Under the pieces are notes generated by a model. That model was not told the DNA's origin. It ran no database searches and was given only the letters and a program-made list of their open reading frames with translations. Source: Nitrospinota bacterium (lineage in GTDB: Bacteria; Nitrospinota_A; UBA7883; JACRGQ01). Taken from it: a stretch of DNA of 64,000 nucleotides. Both the position numbers and the translations under genes were made by a program. Positions 20,652-29,798 of the stretch are shown here, one piece after another (position 1 is the first letter of the stretch; the number at the start of each line of letters is the position of its first letter). Location of the stretch: positions 3,954 through 67,953 of the forward strand of contig JAOUMJ010000013.1 in NCBI GenBank assembly GCA_029881495.1. Reading direction: 5' to 3'.

Positions 20652-21596
20652 ATGGAATTCGTAAAAGCGGGTCAAACGGATCAGTTGGTATCGAGGCTCG
20701 GTTTTGGCGGTTGCCCGATGGGGAAACATGGATGGGGAGAAGTCAGCGAAAAAAATCTGCTCGAAGCGATCGACTATGCAATCGAAAACGGAGTGACACT
20801 TTTCGATACTGCCGATGTGTACGGCTTGGGTGAATCGGAAAAACTGCTGGGCGCAGGATTGAAAAAAAGAAGGAAGAGGGCTGTTATTGCCACAAAATTC
20901 GGTGTGAGGTTCGATTCAAAAATGAAGGCGTATTACGATAACAGCGAAAAATGGATGAGGCACTCGATAGAGAATAGCCTTAATAATTTCGGAACGGATT
21001 ATATAGACATTTACCAGGTTCACAACCTGGACCGCGTAACACCTCTTGCTGACGTTATAGGAAATCTTTTGCGGCTTAAGGAAGAGGGAAAGCTGAGGTA
21101 CATCGGGTTGTCGAACATCACATACCAAGATGTGGAACAGATTGTGTTGCCAAAAGAGGTTGTTAGTTTCCAGGTGGAATATTCTCTCGCAAACAGGAAT
21201 AACGAGAGTGACATAAGGGAAATCACCAAAAATAAAAAATTGAATTTATGGTCGTGGGGTAGTCTTGCCCAGGGTCTATTAAGCGGAAAATACGATGAAA
21301 ATTCGGTATTCGATGAAAAGGATAGAAGAAACAGGCCGGAATATGTTAATTTCCACGGTGAAAAACTTAAAAAAAATCTTGAAATAATTAAAAAAATGAA
21401 AGAGATATCGAAAATAACCGGTATGCAATTATCACAGATAGCTGTAAAATGGATTGCCGAATACATGGAAAAGAGCGTAGTCCTAGTTGGGATCAAAAGA
21501 GTTGAACAGATCAAGTCCTGCATAGATGCTTTCAGGGAACCGCTAAACAGGGAACATGTTCAGATGCTTGATGAGATTTCAAAAGTATATTCCTAG
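20652..21596 (+). CDS. Aldo/keto reductase
   Basis: GVTLFDTADVYGLGESEKLLG and the remaining AKR blocks. Confidence 0.8.
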   Translation: MEFVKAGQTDQLVSRLGFGGCPMGKHGWGEVSEKNLLEAIDYAIENGVTLFDTADVYGLGESEKLLGAGLKKRRKRAVIATKFGVRFDSKMKAYYDNSEKWMRHSIENSLNNFGTDYIDIYQVHNLDRVTPLADVIGNLLRLKEEGKLRYIGLSNITYQDVEQIVLPKEVVSFQVEYSLANRNNESDIREITKNKKLNLWSWGSLAQGLLSGKYDENSVFDEKDRRNRPEYVNFHGEKLKKNLEIIKKMKEISKITGMQLSQIAVKWIAEYMEKSVVLVGIKRVEQIKSCIDAFREPLNREHVQMLDEISKVYS

Positions 21597-21751
21597 CGGG
21601 ATATTTTTTTATCGTAAACGCTTTTATTCAAACTTCAAATGTCATCCGGGTTTTCGGTGGCATCTCAGGGTGGCAATATGAGTGTATTGACAGGCGGAAA
21701 CGCCAGTAGGAAAGGGTAAATAGTAATTTGGAAATTATTTGGGATAGAAAG

Positions 21752-22834
21752 ATGTTTGGCAAAAAACTGCTGGAAAAATTCGTTTCGGAACTGGGACCGC
21801 TGGTAAATCCGGAAAATGAAACGCACAAGATAGATATAAGCGGGATATCTGCCAAGGATCTTCTTAAGATGCTAGAACTGATGTTAATTATCCGTTATAC
21901 GGAAGAGGCAATAGGAGACCTTATCAAGAGCGGTTACGCAAAATGCCCCTGCCATCTGGGAATAGGGCAGGAAGCCGTTGCGGTAGGGATTTCTCATCAC
22001 CTCACCGGTGAGGACAAGATATTCAGCGGGCATCGTTCGCATCCGCATTTCCTCGCGCTGGGAACGGAAGTTGACCTGCTTTTATGTGAAGTACTTGGGA
22101 AGGAGAACGGCAGTTCGCACGGTATGGGTGGGTCTCAGCATCTTGTTGCTTTGGACAAGGGCTTTGTCGGTTCGGTTCCTATTGTGGCAGGAACTATACC
22201 TCTGGCCGTTGGGGCCGCTCTCGCTACCAAATTCGACGGGAAAGGGAATATTGCTGTTGCATATTTCGGAGACGGTGCCTCTGAAGAGGGTGGACTGCAT
22301 GAATCACTGAATTTTGCCTCGAAGATGTCGCTACCAGTTCTATTCGTTTGCGAGAACAACCTCTTCGCAAGTCATCTCGACATAAGCTACCGTCAACCAA
22401 GCGACAGGATATCTCGCTTTGCCGATGCTCATAAGGTTCCTAGCATAGTAGTGGACGGTAATGACGTTGCCGCCGTTTCAAAAGCGGCTGGACAATTCAT
22501 TTCGAACTGCAGGCAGGGAAAGGGGCCCGGTTTTATAGAGGCGATAACCTACAGATGGAAAGGGCATGTCGGCTATGAAGAAAATATCGACGTAGGTTTG
22601 AGAAGGAAAGAAAAAGATTTGATAGCCTGGAAAAAGCGCGACCCGATAATGCGATTGAAGGAAGCACTGATAGCAGATGGAAAATTAACCGCGCAGGAAT
22701 ATCAGAGTATTCAGGGAAAACAAAAGATGAAAGTGGACAAGGCTGTTGTAAAAGCAAAGGAATCGAACTATCCGGAGGACTCGGCACTTCTCGATATGGT
22801 GTATGTGAACAGGAATAAAAATGACGGGAAATAA
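21752..22834 (+). CDS. TPP-dependent 2-oxoacid/acetoin dehydrogenase E1 component, alpha subunit
   Basis: YFGDGASEEGGLHESLNFAS...VLFVCENNLFA is the TPP-binding GDG...N motif of E1 alpha. An alternative TTG start lies at 21728. Confidence 0.8.
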   Translation: MFGKKLLEKFVSELGPLVNPENETHKIDISGISAKDLLKMLELMLIIRYTEEAIGDLIKSGYAKCPCHLGIGQEAVAVGISHHLTGEDKIFSGHRSHPHFLALGTEVDLLLCEVLGKENGSSHGMGGSQHLVALDKGFVGSVPIVAGTIPLAVGAALATKFDGKGNIAVAYFGDGASEEGGLHESLNFASKMSLPVLFVCENNLFASHLDISYRQPSDRISRFADAHKVPSIVVDGNDVAAVSKAAGQFISNCRQGKGPGFIEAITYRWKGHVGYEENIDVGLRRKEKDLIAWKKRDPIMRLKEALIADGKLTAQEYQSIQGKQKMKVDKAVVKAKESNYPEDSALLDMVYVNRNKNDGK

Positions 22835-23816
22835 GGTGAACTACGGCTCAGCTATAAGGGAAGGATTTGCCTACCTGCTAAAAAATTATCCTGAGGTCTT
22901 TATATTGGGGCAAGGGCTCTGGAGTCCGTGGTATGTCGGGAATTCAATGACCGGACTTGAAAAGGAATTCGGCGAGGAAAAGATAATTGATACGCCCGTG
23001 TCGGAACTTGCATGTACGGGAGCTGCCATCGGCGCATCGCTGTGTGGCTACAGGCCTGTTGTAGTCCATCCGAGGATGGATTTCATGATCCTTGCAGCAG
23101 ATCAAATAGTGAATCAGGCAGCCAAGTGGAGGCACATGCTTGGTGGGCAATCATCACCTTCAGTAACTATACGCGCTATTATCAACCGTGGAGGAGAGCA
23201 GGGAGCACAGCATTCACAGGCGCTTCATTCATGGTTTGCGCACATACCCGGACTTCGGGTGGTAATGCCGACTACGGTACAGGATGCAAGGGATCTCTTG
23301 ATCGCCTCGGTGCTCTGCGACGATCCGGTCATGTATATCGACGACAGGTGGTTGTACGACCTGGAGGACGATCTCCCCGAACCCAAAGAACTGGTTCTTG
23401 CTGATGTATATCCGCAAATACTTAAAGACGGGAAGGATGTGACAATTGTTGCGGCAGGTTATTCGGTCCGTATGGCGCTTGAAGCTGCAGCTGAGCTTGA
23501 GCAAAAGGGTGTTGCCGCGGAAGTGATCGACTTGCGTGTTATAAACCCGCTGGATGAAACCGTAATGGTTAACTCCGTGAAAAAAACCGGCCGACTTTTG
23601 GCTGTAGACGGTGGATGGCAGACATGCGGTCTGGCAGGAGAGATCATCGCATGCATCATGGAAAAGATAGACGTGTCAAAGATGAAATCCTCTCCTGGGA
23701 GAATAACATTGCCCCATGCTCCGGCGCCGACAAGCAAGCCGCTTGAGGAGATTTACTATCCGAAGGCCAGTGCGATAACAGATATGGCGATGAAACAGGT
23801 ACAAAGGCGGATATAA
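22821..23816 (+). CDS. TPP-dependent dehydrogenase E1 component, beta subunit (transketolase-like Pyr and C-terminal domains)
   Basis: Typical E1 beta architecture. Its start overlaps the alpha-subunit stop, suggesting translational coupling. Confidence 0.8.
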   Translation: MTGNKVNYGSAIREGFAYLLKNYPEVFILGQGLWSPWYVGNSMTGLEKEFGEEKIIDTPVSELACTGAAIGASLCGYRPVVVHPRMDFMILAADQIVNQAAKWRHMLGGQSSPSVTIRAIINRGGEQGAQHSQALHSWFAHIPGLRVVMPTTVQDARDLLIASVLCDDPVMYIDDRWLYDLEDDLPEPKELVLADVYPQILKDGKDVTIVAAGYSVRMALEAAAELEQKGVAAEVIDLRVINPLDETVMVNSVKKTGRLLAVDGGWQTCGLAGEIIACIMEKIDVSKMKSSPGRITLPHAPAPTSKPLEEIYYPKASAITDMAMKQVQRRI

Positions 23817-23871
23817 CAGCTCCTCGAAATTCCAATATTTCCCGCGCCATGCAGGCACGATAGATCAAAAT

Positions 23872-24462
23872 ATGAATTCCAATAATCAAAAAGCTGTTTT
23901 CCTGGATCGCGACGGGACGATAAACGTAGAGAAAAACTACATTAAGTCTCCGGAAGAAATACAGCTTATACCAGGTTCGTCAGATGCAATAGCAATGTTC
24001 AACAGAGCCGGCTACCTTGTGTTCGGCATTACTAACCAGTCGGGTGTTGCAAGAGGCTATTTTAAAGTTGAGGACGTACTTAAAGTGAACGCTAGGGTTT
24101 CGGAGCTTGTATCCGGTGAGGGAGGGGAGATAAAGGAAATTTTCTTCTGTCCTCATCATACTGAAGGAAAGATACCGGAGTACACGATAAAGTGCGAATG
24201 CCGCAAGCCAGGGAAGGGGATGATAATTAGCGCCGCAGAAAAATACTCCCTTGACCTTGACGGGATGATTGTCATCGGGGACAAGATATGCGACGTTGAA
24301 CTTGGCTACAGAATGAACGCGAAAACCGCCATGGTTGGCACAGGGTATGGAAACGAAGAGTATAAAGCGCTTCTCGCTTCGGGAAGCAGGTTGCCGGATG
24401 TTTACGCCAAAGATCTCCTGGAAGCGGCTAAGACCTTTCTTGGTCAGAAACCAGGCGAATAG
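23872..24462 (+). CDS. gmhB: D-glycero-D-manno-heptose 1,7-bisphosphate phosphatase (HAD-IIIA)
   Basis: FLDRDGTIN motif I, FGITNQSG motif II, and CxC plus PHH zinc-site residues typical of GmhB. Confidence 0.75.
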   Translation: MNSNNQKAVFLDRDGTINVEKNYIKSPEEIQLIPGSSDAIAMFNRAGYLVFGITNQSGVARGYFKVEDVLKVNARVSELVSGEGGEIKEIFFCPHHTEGKIPEYTIKCECRKPGKGMIISAAEKYSLDLDGMIVIGDKICDVELGYRMNAKTAMVGTGYGNEEYKALLASGSRLPDVYAKDLLEAAKTFLGQKPGE

Positions 24463-24510
24463 CCGATATGGGGCGAGTACGATGATCAAGGCCGGTTGGA
24501 ATCGAAAAAA

Positions 24511-24587
24511 TGGTGCCGGTGGAGGGACTCGAACCCCCGACTCCGTGAATATGAGTCACGTGCTCTAACCACCTGAGCTACACCGGC
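24511..24587 (-). tRNA. tRNA-Met (anticodon CAT), elongator-type acceptor stem
   Basis: Reverse complement: GCCGGTGTAGCTCAGGTGGTTAGAGCACGTGACTCATATTCACGGAGTCGGGGGTTCGAGTCCCTCCACCGGCACCA. It has a 7-bp acceptor stem, GTTCGAGTC T-arm, anticodon loop CTCATAT and an encoded CCA. Confidence 0.85.
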
Positions 24588-24767
24588 AATATCTCTCCAT
24601 ACAGTCGGCTATCAATCCAACCACCTTCCAGTTTCAATCTCTTCAGCGATCCCCTGATTGAATCCCTTCTCCGTATGGAACATGTGATTATGAAACCTCA
24701 TGATTTTCATGTCAATATGTAAAAACCGTTTCTGCCAATCTTGGTTCAAAATGATATAATTCCCAGG

Positions 24768-25448
24768 ATGAAAAGGGTATTAGTGGCTATCGTCCTCGCA
24801 GTGGGGATACTCTACGCTTCAGACTCATTTTCACTAAATCACATGATATCCATTCAAAATAGAATGATACATGCCTCGGGCAGTACCATGAAAACACCCC
24901 CTCCCACTTCCCCGTCGGGGGCACAGCCGTCTTCCAGAGGGAAGTCGGTCAGGCAGATGCCGAGAGTATCTTCGGGGAAAAAGGGGGGCAAAAGCGGGGA
25001 TAACGGCTCCGGGGTATCATCCTATACAATCAAGGGCAAAGCTTCGGGCCAGCCTGGCGTGCCGGGCTTTTCCACCCAGGATGAGGACGTAGAGGATCTA
25101 ATTGACAGGCTTGCCGAAGTCCAGGAGCGAAGAAGGATCGCCGTGGTCGCCGATAACGGCAGTACCAGATTCGAGGCGGAGGGGATGTTTTCGGGGATAG
25201 ACGACCAGCTCCGGTTCGAGACCGAATCTGGCCGGGTCTTTGTGGATATTGATTCGATTAGCTCTATTGTTTTCGGGGAAAAAGATCTGAACATGCTCCC
25301 GGTCACGGTCCATATGGTCAATGGCAAGGCAATTCGCGGGAATATATATGTCAAATATGTTTTGGAGTTTCTCAGCGAGGACACTGTCATTGCCACCTAC
25401 GCCAGCCAGCTGAATTCCGTCCGGTTTCTGGATTCAGGCTCACAGTAG
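24768..25448 (+). CDS. Hypothetical secreted protein with a Gly/Ser/Pro-rich N-terminal region
   Basis: Signal-peptide-like N-terminus MKRVLVAIVLAVGILYAS followed by a low-complexity tract. No recognisable domain. An alternative TTG start lies at 24741. Confidence 0.4.
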   Translation: MKRVLVAIVLAVGILYASDSFSLNHMISIQNRMIHASGSTMKTPPPTSPSGAQPSSRGKSVRQMPRVSSGKKGGKSGDNGSGVSSYTIKGKASGQPGVPGFSTQDEDVEDLIDRLAEVQERRRIAVVADNGSTRFEAEGMFSGIDDQLRFETESGRVFVDIDSISSIVFGEKDLNMLPVTVHMVNGKAIRGNIYVKYVLEFLSEDTVIATYASQLNSVRFLDSGSQ

Positions 25449-25456
25449 GCTCAACA

Positions 25457-26038
25457 ATGGGGCGGAAAAAACCTGTAATTGTGCTGGCTATTTCCGGCGC
25501 CTCCGGGAGCCTTTACGGGAAAGAGATTTTTGAGGCACTTTTTTCGGTCGGCATCGAAATTCACCTGATAATCACAGATACCGCAACCAAGATCATGAAG
25601 GATGAGATATCCCTTGATCTATCCTTCTTCAGCAAACCCGGCGTCATTTGCCATGACAACCACAGATTCGATGTTCCGGTCGCTTCCGGCTCTTTCCTGA
25701 CCTCCGGAATGGTGATTGCCCCCTGTTCCATGGGGTGCCTTGGCAGGATCGCCTCAGGGGTCTCTTCAGACCTCCTGACAAGGGTGGCCGATGTCCACCT
25801 CAAGGAGGGGCGCAAACTCATCCTCCTGCCGCGTGAAACCCCCTTATCAGCCATCCATCTGGAAAATATGTTCAAGCTCTCTCGAGCTGGAGCGACAATC
25901 ATGCCCCCAATGCCCCCCCACACCAGCAGGCCCGCTTCAGTAGCCGATATGGCCAAAATAATGGCCAGCAGGGTGCTGGATCAACTAGGGATTGAAAACG
26001 ACCTCTCCCCACGTTACGAAGGGGCCCAAAGGGCTTAA
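25457..26038 (+). CDS. ubiX: Flavin prenyltransferase UbiX (prenyl-FMN synthase)
   Basis: KPVIVLAISGASGSLYG ... IEIHLIITDTA matches the UbiX/Pad1 flavoprotein family. Confidence 0.8.
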   Translation: MGRKKPVIVLAISGASGSLYGKEIFEALFSVGIEIHLIITDTATKIMKDEISLDLSFFSKPGVICHDNHRFDVPVASGSFLTSGMVIAPCSMGCLGRIASGVSSDLLTRVADVHLKEGRKLILLPRETPLSAIHLENMFKLSRAGATIMPPMPPHTSRPASVADMAKIMASRVLDQLGIENDLSPRYEGAQRA

Positions 26039-26049
26039 AATGACCCGGA

Positions 26050-26832
26050 ATGGCTGAAATAAGAGTGCTTTTCCTGGGAAGCGGCACATCAACGGGTGTC
26101 CCGATGATAGGATGCGATTGCGCCACATGCAAATCGGTCAACCCCAAGGACAAAAGGCTCCGATCCTCTGTTCTCATGCGGTGGGAGGATGGGGGTATTG
26201 AAAGGAGTGTGCTTATAGACACCTCTACCGACCTGCGTCAGCAGGCTTTGAACAATGACCTCAAGCGGATAGATTCAGTCCTCTTTACCCATGCACACGC
26301 CGACCATATTCATGGCATCGATGAACTCCGCAGTTTCAATTATCTGCAGAATCAGATCATCCCATGCTACGGCTCTGAACATACGCTCTCGCGCATTAAA
26401 ACGATGTTCGATTATATCTTTACCGGTACGGAGCCGGGGGGAGGGAAACCGCGCCTCTCCCTGCACCCAGTTTCGGGCGGCTTCGACCTTTTCGGCAGAA
26501 GGGTGGAGTCGCTCCCAGCGATGCACGGAAAGCTCGAGGTCTTCGGGTATCGGGTTGGCTCGGTCGCGTATATAACAGACTGCAATTTCATCCCTGAAAC
26601 GACTTTGAAAAAGATGGAAGGGGTGAAACTTCTGGTCATCGGCGCGGTGCAGATATCAAGGCATGTTACTCATTTCAAGATCGACGAAGCGATTGATATA
26701 TCCAGGAGGGTAGGGGCCGAAAAAACCTACCTGACACATCTGAACCATCAGATAAAGCATGATGTTGTTTCTTGTACACTTCCTGAAAATGTGTTCCTTG
26801 CGTACGATGGCCTCGAAAAGGTATCGGGTTAA
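26050..26832 (+). CDS. MBL-fold metallo-hydrolase
   Basis: HAHADHIHGIDEL is the HxHxDH zinc motif. Confidence 0.7.
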   Translation: MAEIRVLFLGSGTSTGVPMIGCDCATCKSVNPKDKRLRSSVLMRWEDGGIERSVLIDTSTDLRQQALNNDLKRIDSVLFTHAHADHIHGIDELRSFNYLQNQIIPCYGSEHTLSRIKTMFDYIFTGTEPGGGKPRLSLHPVSGGFDLFGRRVESLPAMHGKLEVFGYRVGSVAYITDCNFIPETTLKKMEGVKLLVIGAVQISRHVTHFKIDEAIDISRRVGAEKTYLTHLNHQIKHDVVSCTLPENVFLAYDGLEKVSG

Positions 26833-26859
26833 GAGTGGGCTTTAAGCAGATATAATTGC

Positions 26860-27447
26860 ATGATGAAGAAAACGAAAGTGGCTTTTCTGGACCGCGACGG
26901 TACGATCAACGAGGAAAAGGGGTATATAAAGGAGCCCTCCGAAATAGAGATCATCTCGGGTTCGGCCGGTGCAGTGGAAAAACTGAACAAGGCCGGTTAT
27001 CTGGTTTTCGGAATTTCAAATCAGTCGGGAATTGCGCGGGGATATTTTTCAGTTGATGACGTTTTGAAAGTCAACCGCAGAACGATCGAACTGGTCGGCG
27101 AAGGGGGCGGTGAAATTATCGAGATATTCTTTTGCCCCCATCATCCGGAAGGGAGTGTTCCTGAATATTCCATGAAGTGTGGATGCAGAAAGCCCGGCAC
27201 CAACCTGATAACCGAGGCTTCGGAAAAGTACGGTTTGGAATTTACCGAAAAGATCGTGATCGGTGACAAGATCTGTGACTTGGAACTAGGGAAAAGGATT
27301 GGCGCCGTAACGGTATTGGTTGCCACAGGCTATGGGGCATCCGAGCGGAAGAATCTGGAAGAGATGCAGATGGCTGGTCCTGATCTCCATGCGGAAAACC
27401 TTGCTCAAGCCGTGGATCTGATTCTTGGAAATTCCAACTCCGGCTAA
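26860..27447 (+). CDS. gmhB: D,D-heptose 1,7-bisphosphate phosphatase paralog (HAD-IIIA)
   Basis: About 60 percent identical, by eye, to the 23872-24462 product. It shares FLDRDGTIN, FGISNQSG, FFCPHHPEG and CGCRKPG. Confidence 0.75.
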   Translation: MMKKTKVAFLDRDGTINEEKGYIKEPSEIEIISGSAGAVEKLNKAGYLVFGISNQSGIARGYFSVDDVLKVNRRTIELVGEGGGEIIEIFFCPHHPEGSVPEYSMKCGCRKPGTNLITEASEKYGLEFTEKIVIGDKICDLELGKRIGAVTVLVATGYGASERKNLEEMQMAGPDLHAENLAQAVDLILGNSNSG

Positions 27448-27487
27448 AAGATATGTCTCACAGTACCAACGAACGGATAGAAAGCCG

Positions 27488-29026
27488 CTAAAAGACCGAT
27501 ATCTCAAAGCGGTCCGGGGGGAGTTCGGACGATTCTTTTATCGTTAGGCTGAAGCCGTGATCCTTCTCCAGTTTTGCGATAAATTCGCTTTCATCTTCAG
27601 CGAGTGTTGCGGATACTTCCGGCGGTACTTCTACTATGATCCTCCGAACCTTTGGAATTTGCGCAAGCGATTTCTTTATCGCGCGGAATATCTCGTAGCT
27701 GATAGTTTCCGGTGATTTCGTGACCCCCTTACCGTCGCAGCATGGGCATGCGTTACACATGATCTTGTTGAGGCTGTCCCTGGTCCGTTTTCGCGTCATC
27801 TCCACAAGGCCGAGCTCGGAAACCTGCAGGATCTTGGTTCTCGACCTGTCCTGCTTTAAGGTCAGCTCAAGTATGTTGAATACTTTCTTCTTGTTCTCCT
27901 CTTTCTCCATATCGATAAAATCGATAATTATCAGGCCGCCGATATTCCTTACCCTCAACTGTGAAACTATCTCCTTAACAGCCTCGATATTTGTCTTCAA
28001 TATCGTATCTTCCTGGGACTCCTTGCCGACGAACTTGCCGGTGTTCACGTCTATCGCGGTCAGCGCTTCGGTTTGATCGATAATTATATAGCCCCCCGAT
28101 TTCAGCCAGACCTTTCGCCCGAGCGCTCTTTCTATCTCAACTTCAAGGCCAAATACCTCGAAGATCGGTTCCGACTGCGTGTATAGTTCCACTTCCAGAT
28201 TCTTGCTCTCCAGATAGGAGCCGGCAAATTCCAAAATCCTGTCGTGCTCATCGCTGTTGTCGATGGTGATCCTCCCTACCTCTGGGAGGTAAAGGTCGCG
28301 TATGGATCTAAGGACGATGTCCAAATCCCTGTGGAGAAGGGAAGGGGTTGCCGCTCTCTCATTTTTATTGACGATCGTTTCCCACATTTTTTCCAGGAAT
28401 CTGATATCGCTCAGAAGTTCCTCTTCCGATACGTTCTCGGCGGCGGTTCTTATAATGTAGCCTCGCCCGTTCGACCTGAGTTTCTTTACAAGTGATTTCA
28501 GCCTTGTCGTTTCATCCTGGTTTTCAATGCGCCTGGAAATCCCGATCTGGTTTACCATCGGCATATAGACAAGATATCTCCCCGGCATTGTAATGTATGT
28601 GGTTATCCTTGCCCCCTTGGACCCCATAGGGTCCTTGTTTACCTGGACCATAAGTTCCTGTCCTTCGGAGAGGAAGTTTTCAATGTTGGGGGAGTCCTCC
28701 CCTGAACCATGATGTGCCGAGTATGGGGTCAAAAACTCATCTCCGTTTTCCGTTCCGGTATTTGGAGTAGTGAAAAATGTTGTTATCGAGTTATCCCTGT
28801 TTGGATTGATATCCCGCTGGTGGAGGAAACCGGCTTTTTCCAGGCCGATATCCACGAAGGCGACCTGCATGCCTGGCAGGATCTTGGTTACGCGCCCCTT
28901 GTATATATTCCCGGCTATCCCCTTACTGTCTTTTCTTTCGACAAATATTTCGGCGAGATTCCTGTTCTCAAGAAGAGCGACCCTTGTTTCAAAAGGGCTC
29001 ACATTGATTACGATTTCCTTGCTCAT
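27488..29026 (-). CDS. rng: Ribonuclease G (RNase E/G family)
   Basis: N-terminal S1 domain (GNIYKGRVTKILPGMQVAFVDIG) followed by an RNase E/G catalytic core. The length suits Rng/CafA. Confidence 0.85.
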   Translation of the reverse strand: MSKEIVINVSPFETRVALLENRNLAEIFVERKDSKGIAGNIYKGRVTKILPGMQVAFVDIGLEKAGFLHQRDINPNRDNSITTFFTTPNTGTENGDEFLTPYSAHHGSGEDSPNIENFLSEGQELMVQVNKDPMGSKGARITTYITMPGRYLVYMPMVNQIGISRRIENQDETTRLKSLVKKLRSNGRGYIIRTAAENVSEEELLSDIRFLEKMWETIVNKNERAATPSLLHRDLDIVLRSIRDLYLPEVGRITIDNSDEHDRILEFAGSYLESKNLEVELYTQSEPIFEVFGLEVEIERALGRKVWLKSGGYIIIDQTEALTAIDVNTGKFVGKESQEDTILKTNIEAVKEIVSQLRVRNIGGLIIIDFIDMEKEENKKKVFNILELTLKQDRSRTKILQVSELGLVEMTRKRTRDSLNKIMCNACPCCDGKGVTKSPETISYEIFRAIKKSLAQIPKVRRIIVEVPPEVSATLAEDESEFIAKLEKDHGFSLTIKESSELPPDRFEISVF

Positions 29027-29154
29027 TTTATGGGGGATATTTTAACGTATTTTACTGGCTGAATATTATGTTTTGCCAACTTTCAGGAAACATGGACAAA
29101 TACATGGAAAGTAATTGCTTGTTTTGTCTCTTTTTGTAAATTATCATTATAACT

Positions 29155-29358
29155 ATGTTTAATTTTGGTATCTGGGAACTACTGATAATTCTGGTAATCA
29201 TAGTGCTCCTTTTTGGTGTTAAAAGGATTCCACAACTCGGTACAAGTCTGGGTGAAGGGATCAAGAACTTCACGAAATCATTCAAATCCGAAGATGCCAA
29301 TAGCGAAAAAAAAGAACCGCTTGAAAGCAGCGACAACAGTAAAAATAATACCACGTGA
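29155..29358 (+). CDS. tatA: Twin-arginine translocase subunit TatA/E
   Basis: [29 protein letters not shown] is the TatA TM segment plus hinge; the protein has 67 aa. Confidence 0.75.
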   Translation: MFNFGIWELLIILVIIVLLFGVKRIPQLGTSLGEGIKNFTKSFKSEDANSEKKEPLESSDNSKNNTT

Positions 29359-29438
29359 GTAACAGTCGTTGAACCATATTTCCTTCCCAATAACGGGAAG
29401 TTTCGCAGGATGTAACAACACGGAAAGCTGAGTTTGCG

Positions 29439-29693
29439 ATGTTTGGATTGGGATTCACTGAACTGCTGGTTATAATGGTCATAGCCCTTATTTTCATCGG
29501 GCCGAGCAAACTGCCTGAAGTTGCGAGATCCGTTGGCAGAGGATACAGGGAGCTTCAAAGGGCCATTTCAGGCATTAAGGACGAAGTGGAAGATTTCAAT
29601 CAGGAACTTAAAAAAGAGGAAAAAACCGGGCCGGAAAAGCAGGCTGAAAAAAGTGGAACAGGCGAAGCAGAAAACAGTGAGAAGAAGCTGTAA
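29439..29693 (+). CDS. tatB: Twin-arginine translocase subunit TatB/TatA-type
   Basis: MFGLGFTELLVIMVIALIFIGPSKLPEVARSVGRGYRELQRA, 84 aa. It is a second, tandem Tat A/B-family gene. Confidence 0.65.
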   Translation: MFGLGFTELLVIMVIALIFIGPSKLPEVARSVGRGYRELQRAISGIKDEVEDFNQELKKEEKTGPEKQAEKSGTGEAENSEKKL

Positions 29694-29798
29694 GCCATAG
29701 GGAATTGGCCGAATTTTTGAAACGTTTTCTGATATATTGAATCTAACATTTTGGTATTAGTTATTTTAAAATTACGAAATTTGTAGTTGGAGGTTTTA

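Noticed and set aside
21020-21523. 167-aa minus-strand ORF
   Set aside because: It is antisense to the aldo-keto reductase gene. The latter has clear family motifs; the former has none.
23012-23404. 130-aa plus-strand alternative-frame ORF rich in Arg/Cys/Ser
   Set aside because: It lies inside the E1 beta gene in another frame. Composition bias from GC-rich codons is typical of spurious ORFs.
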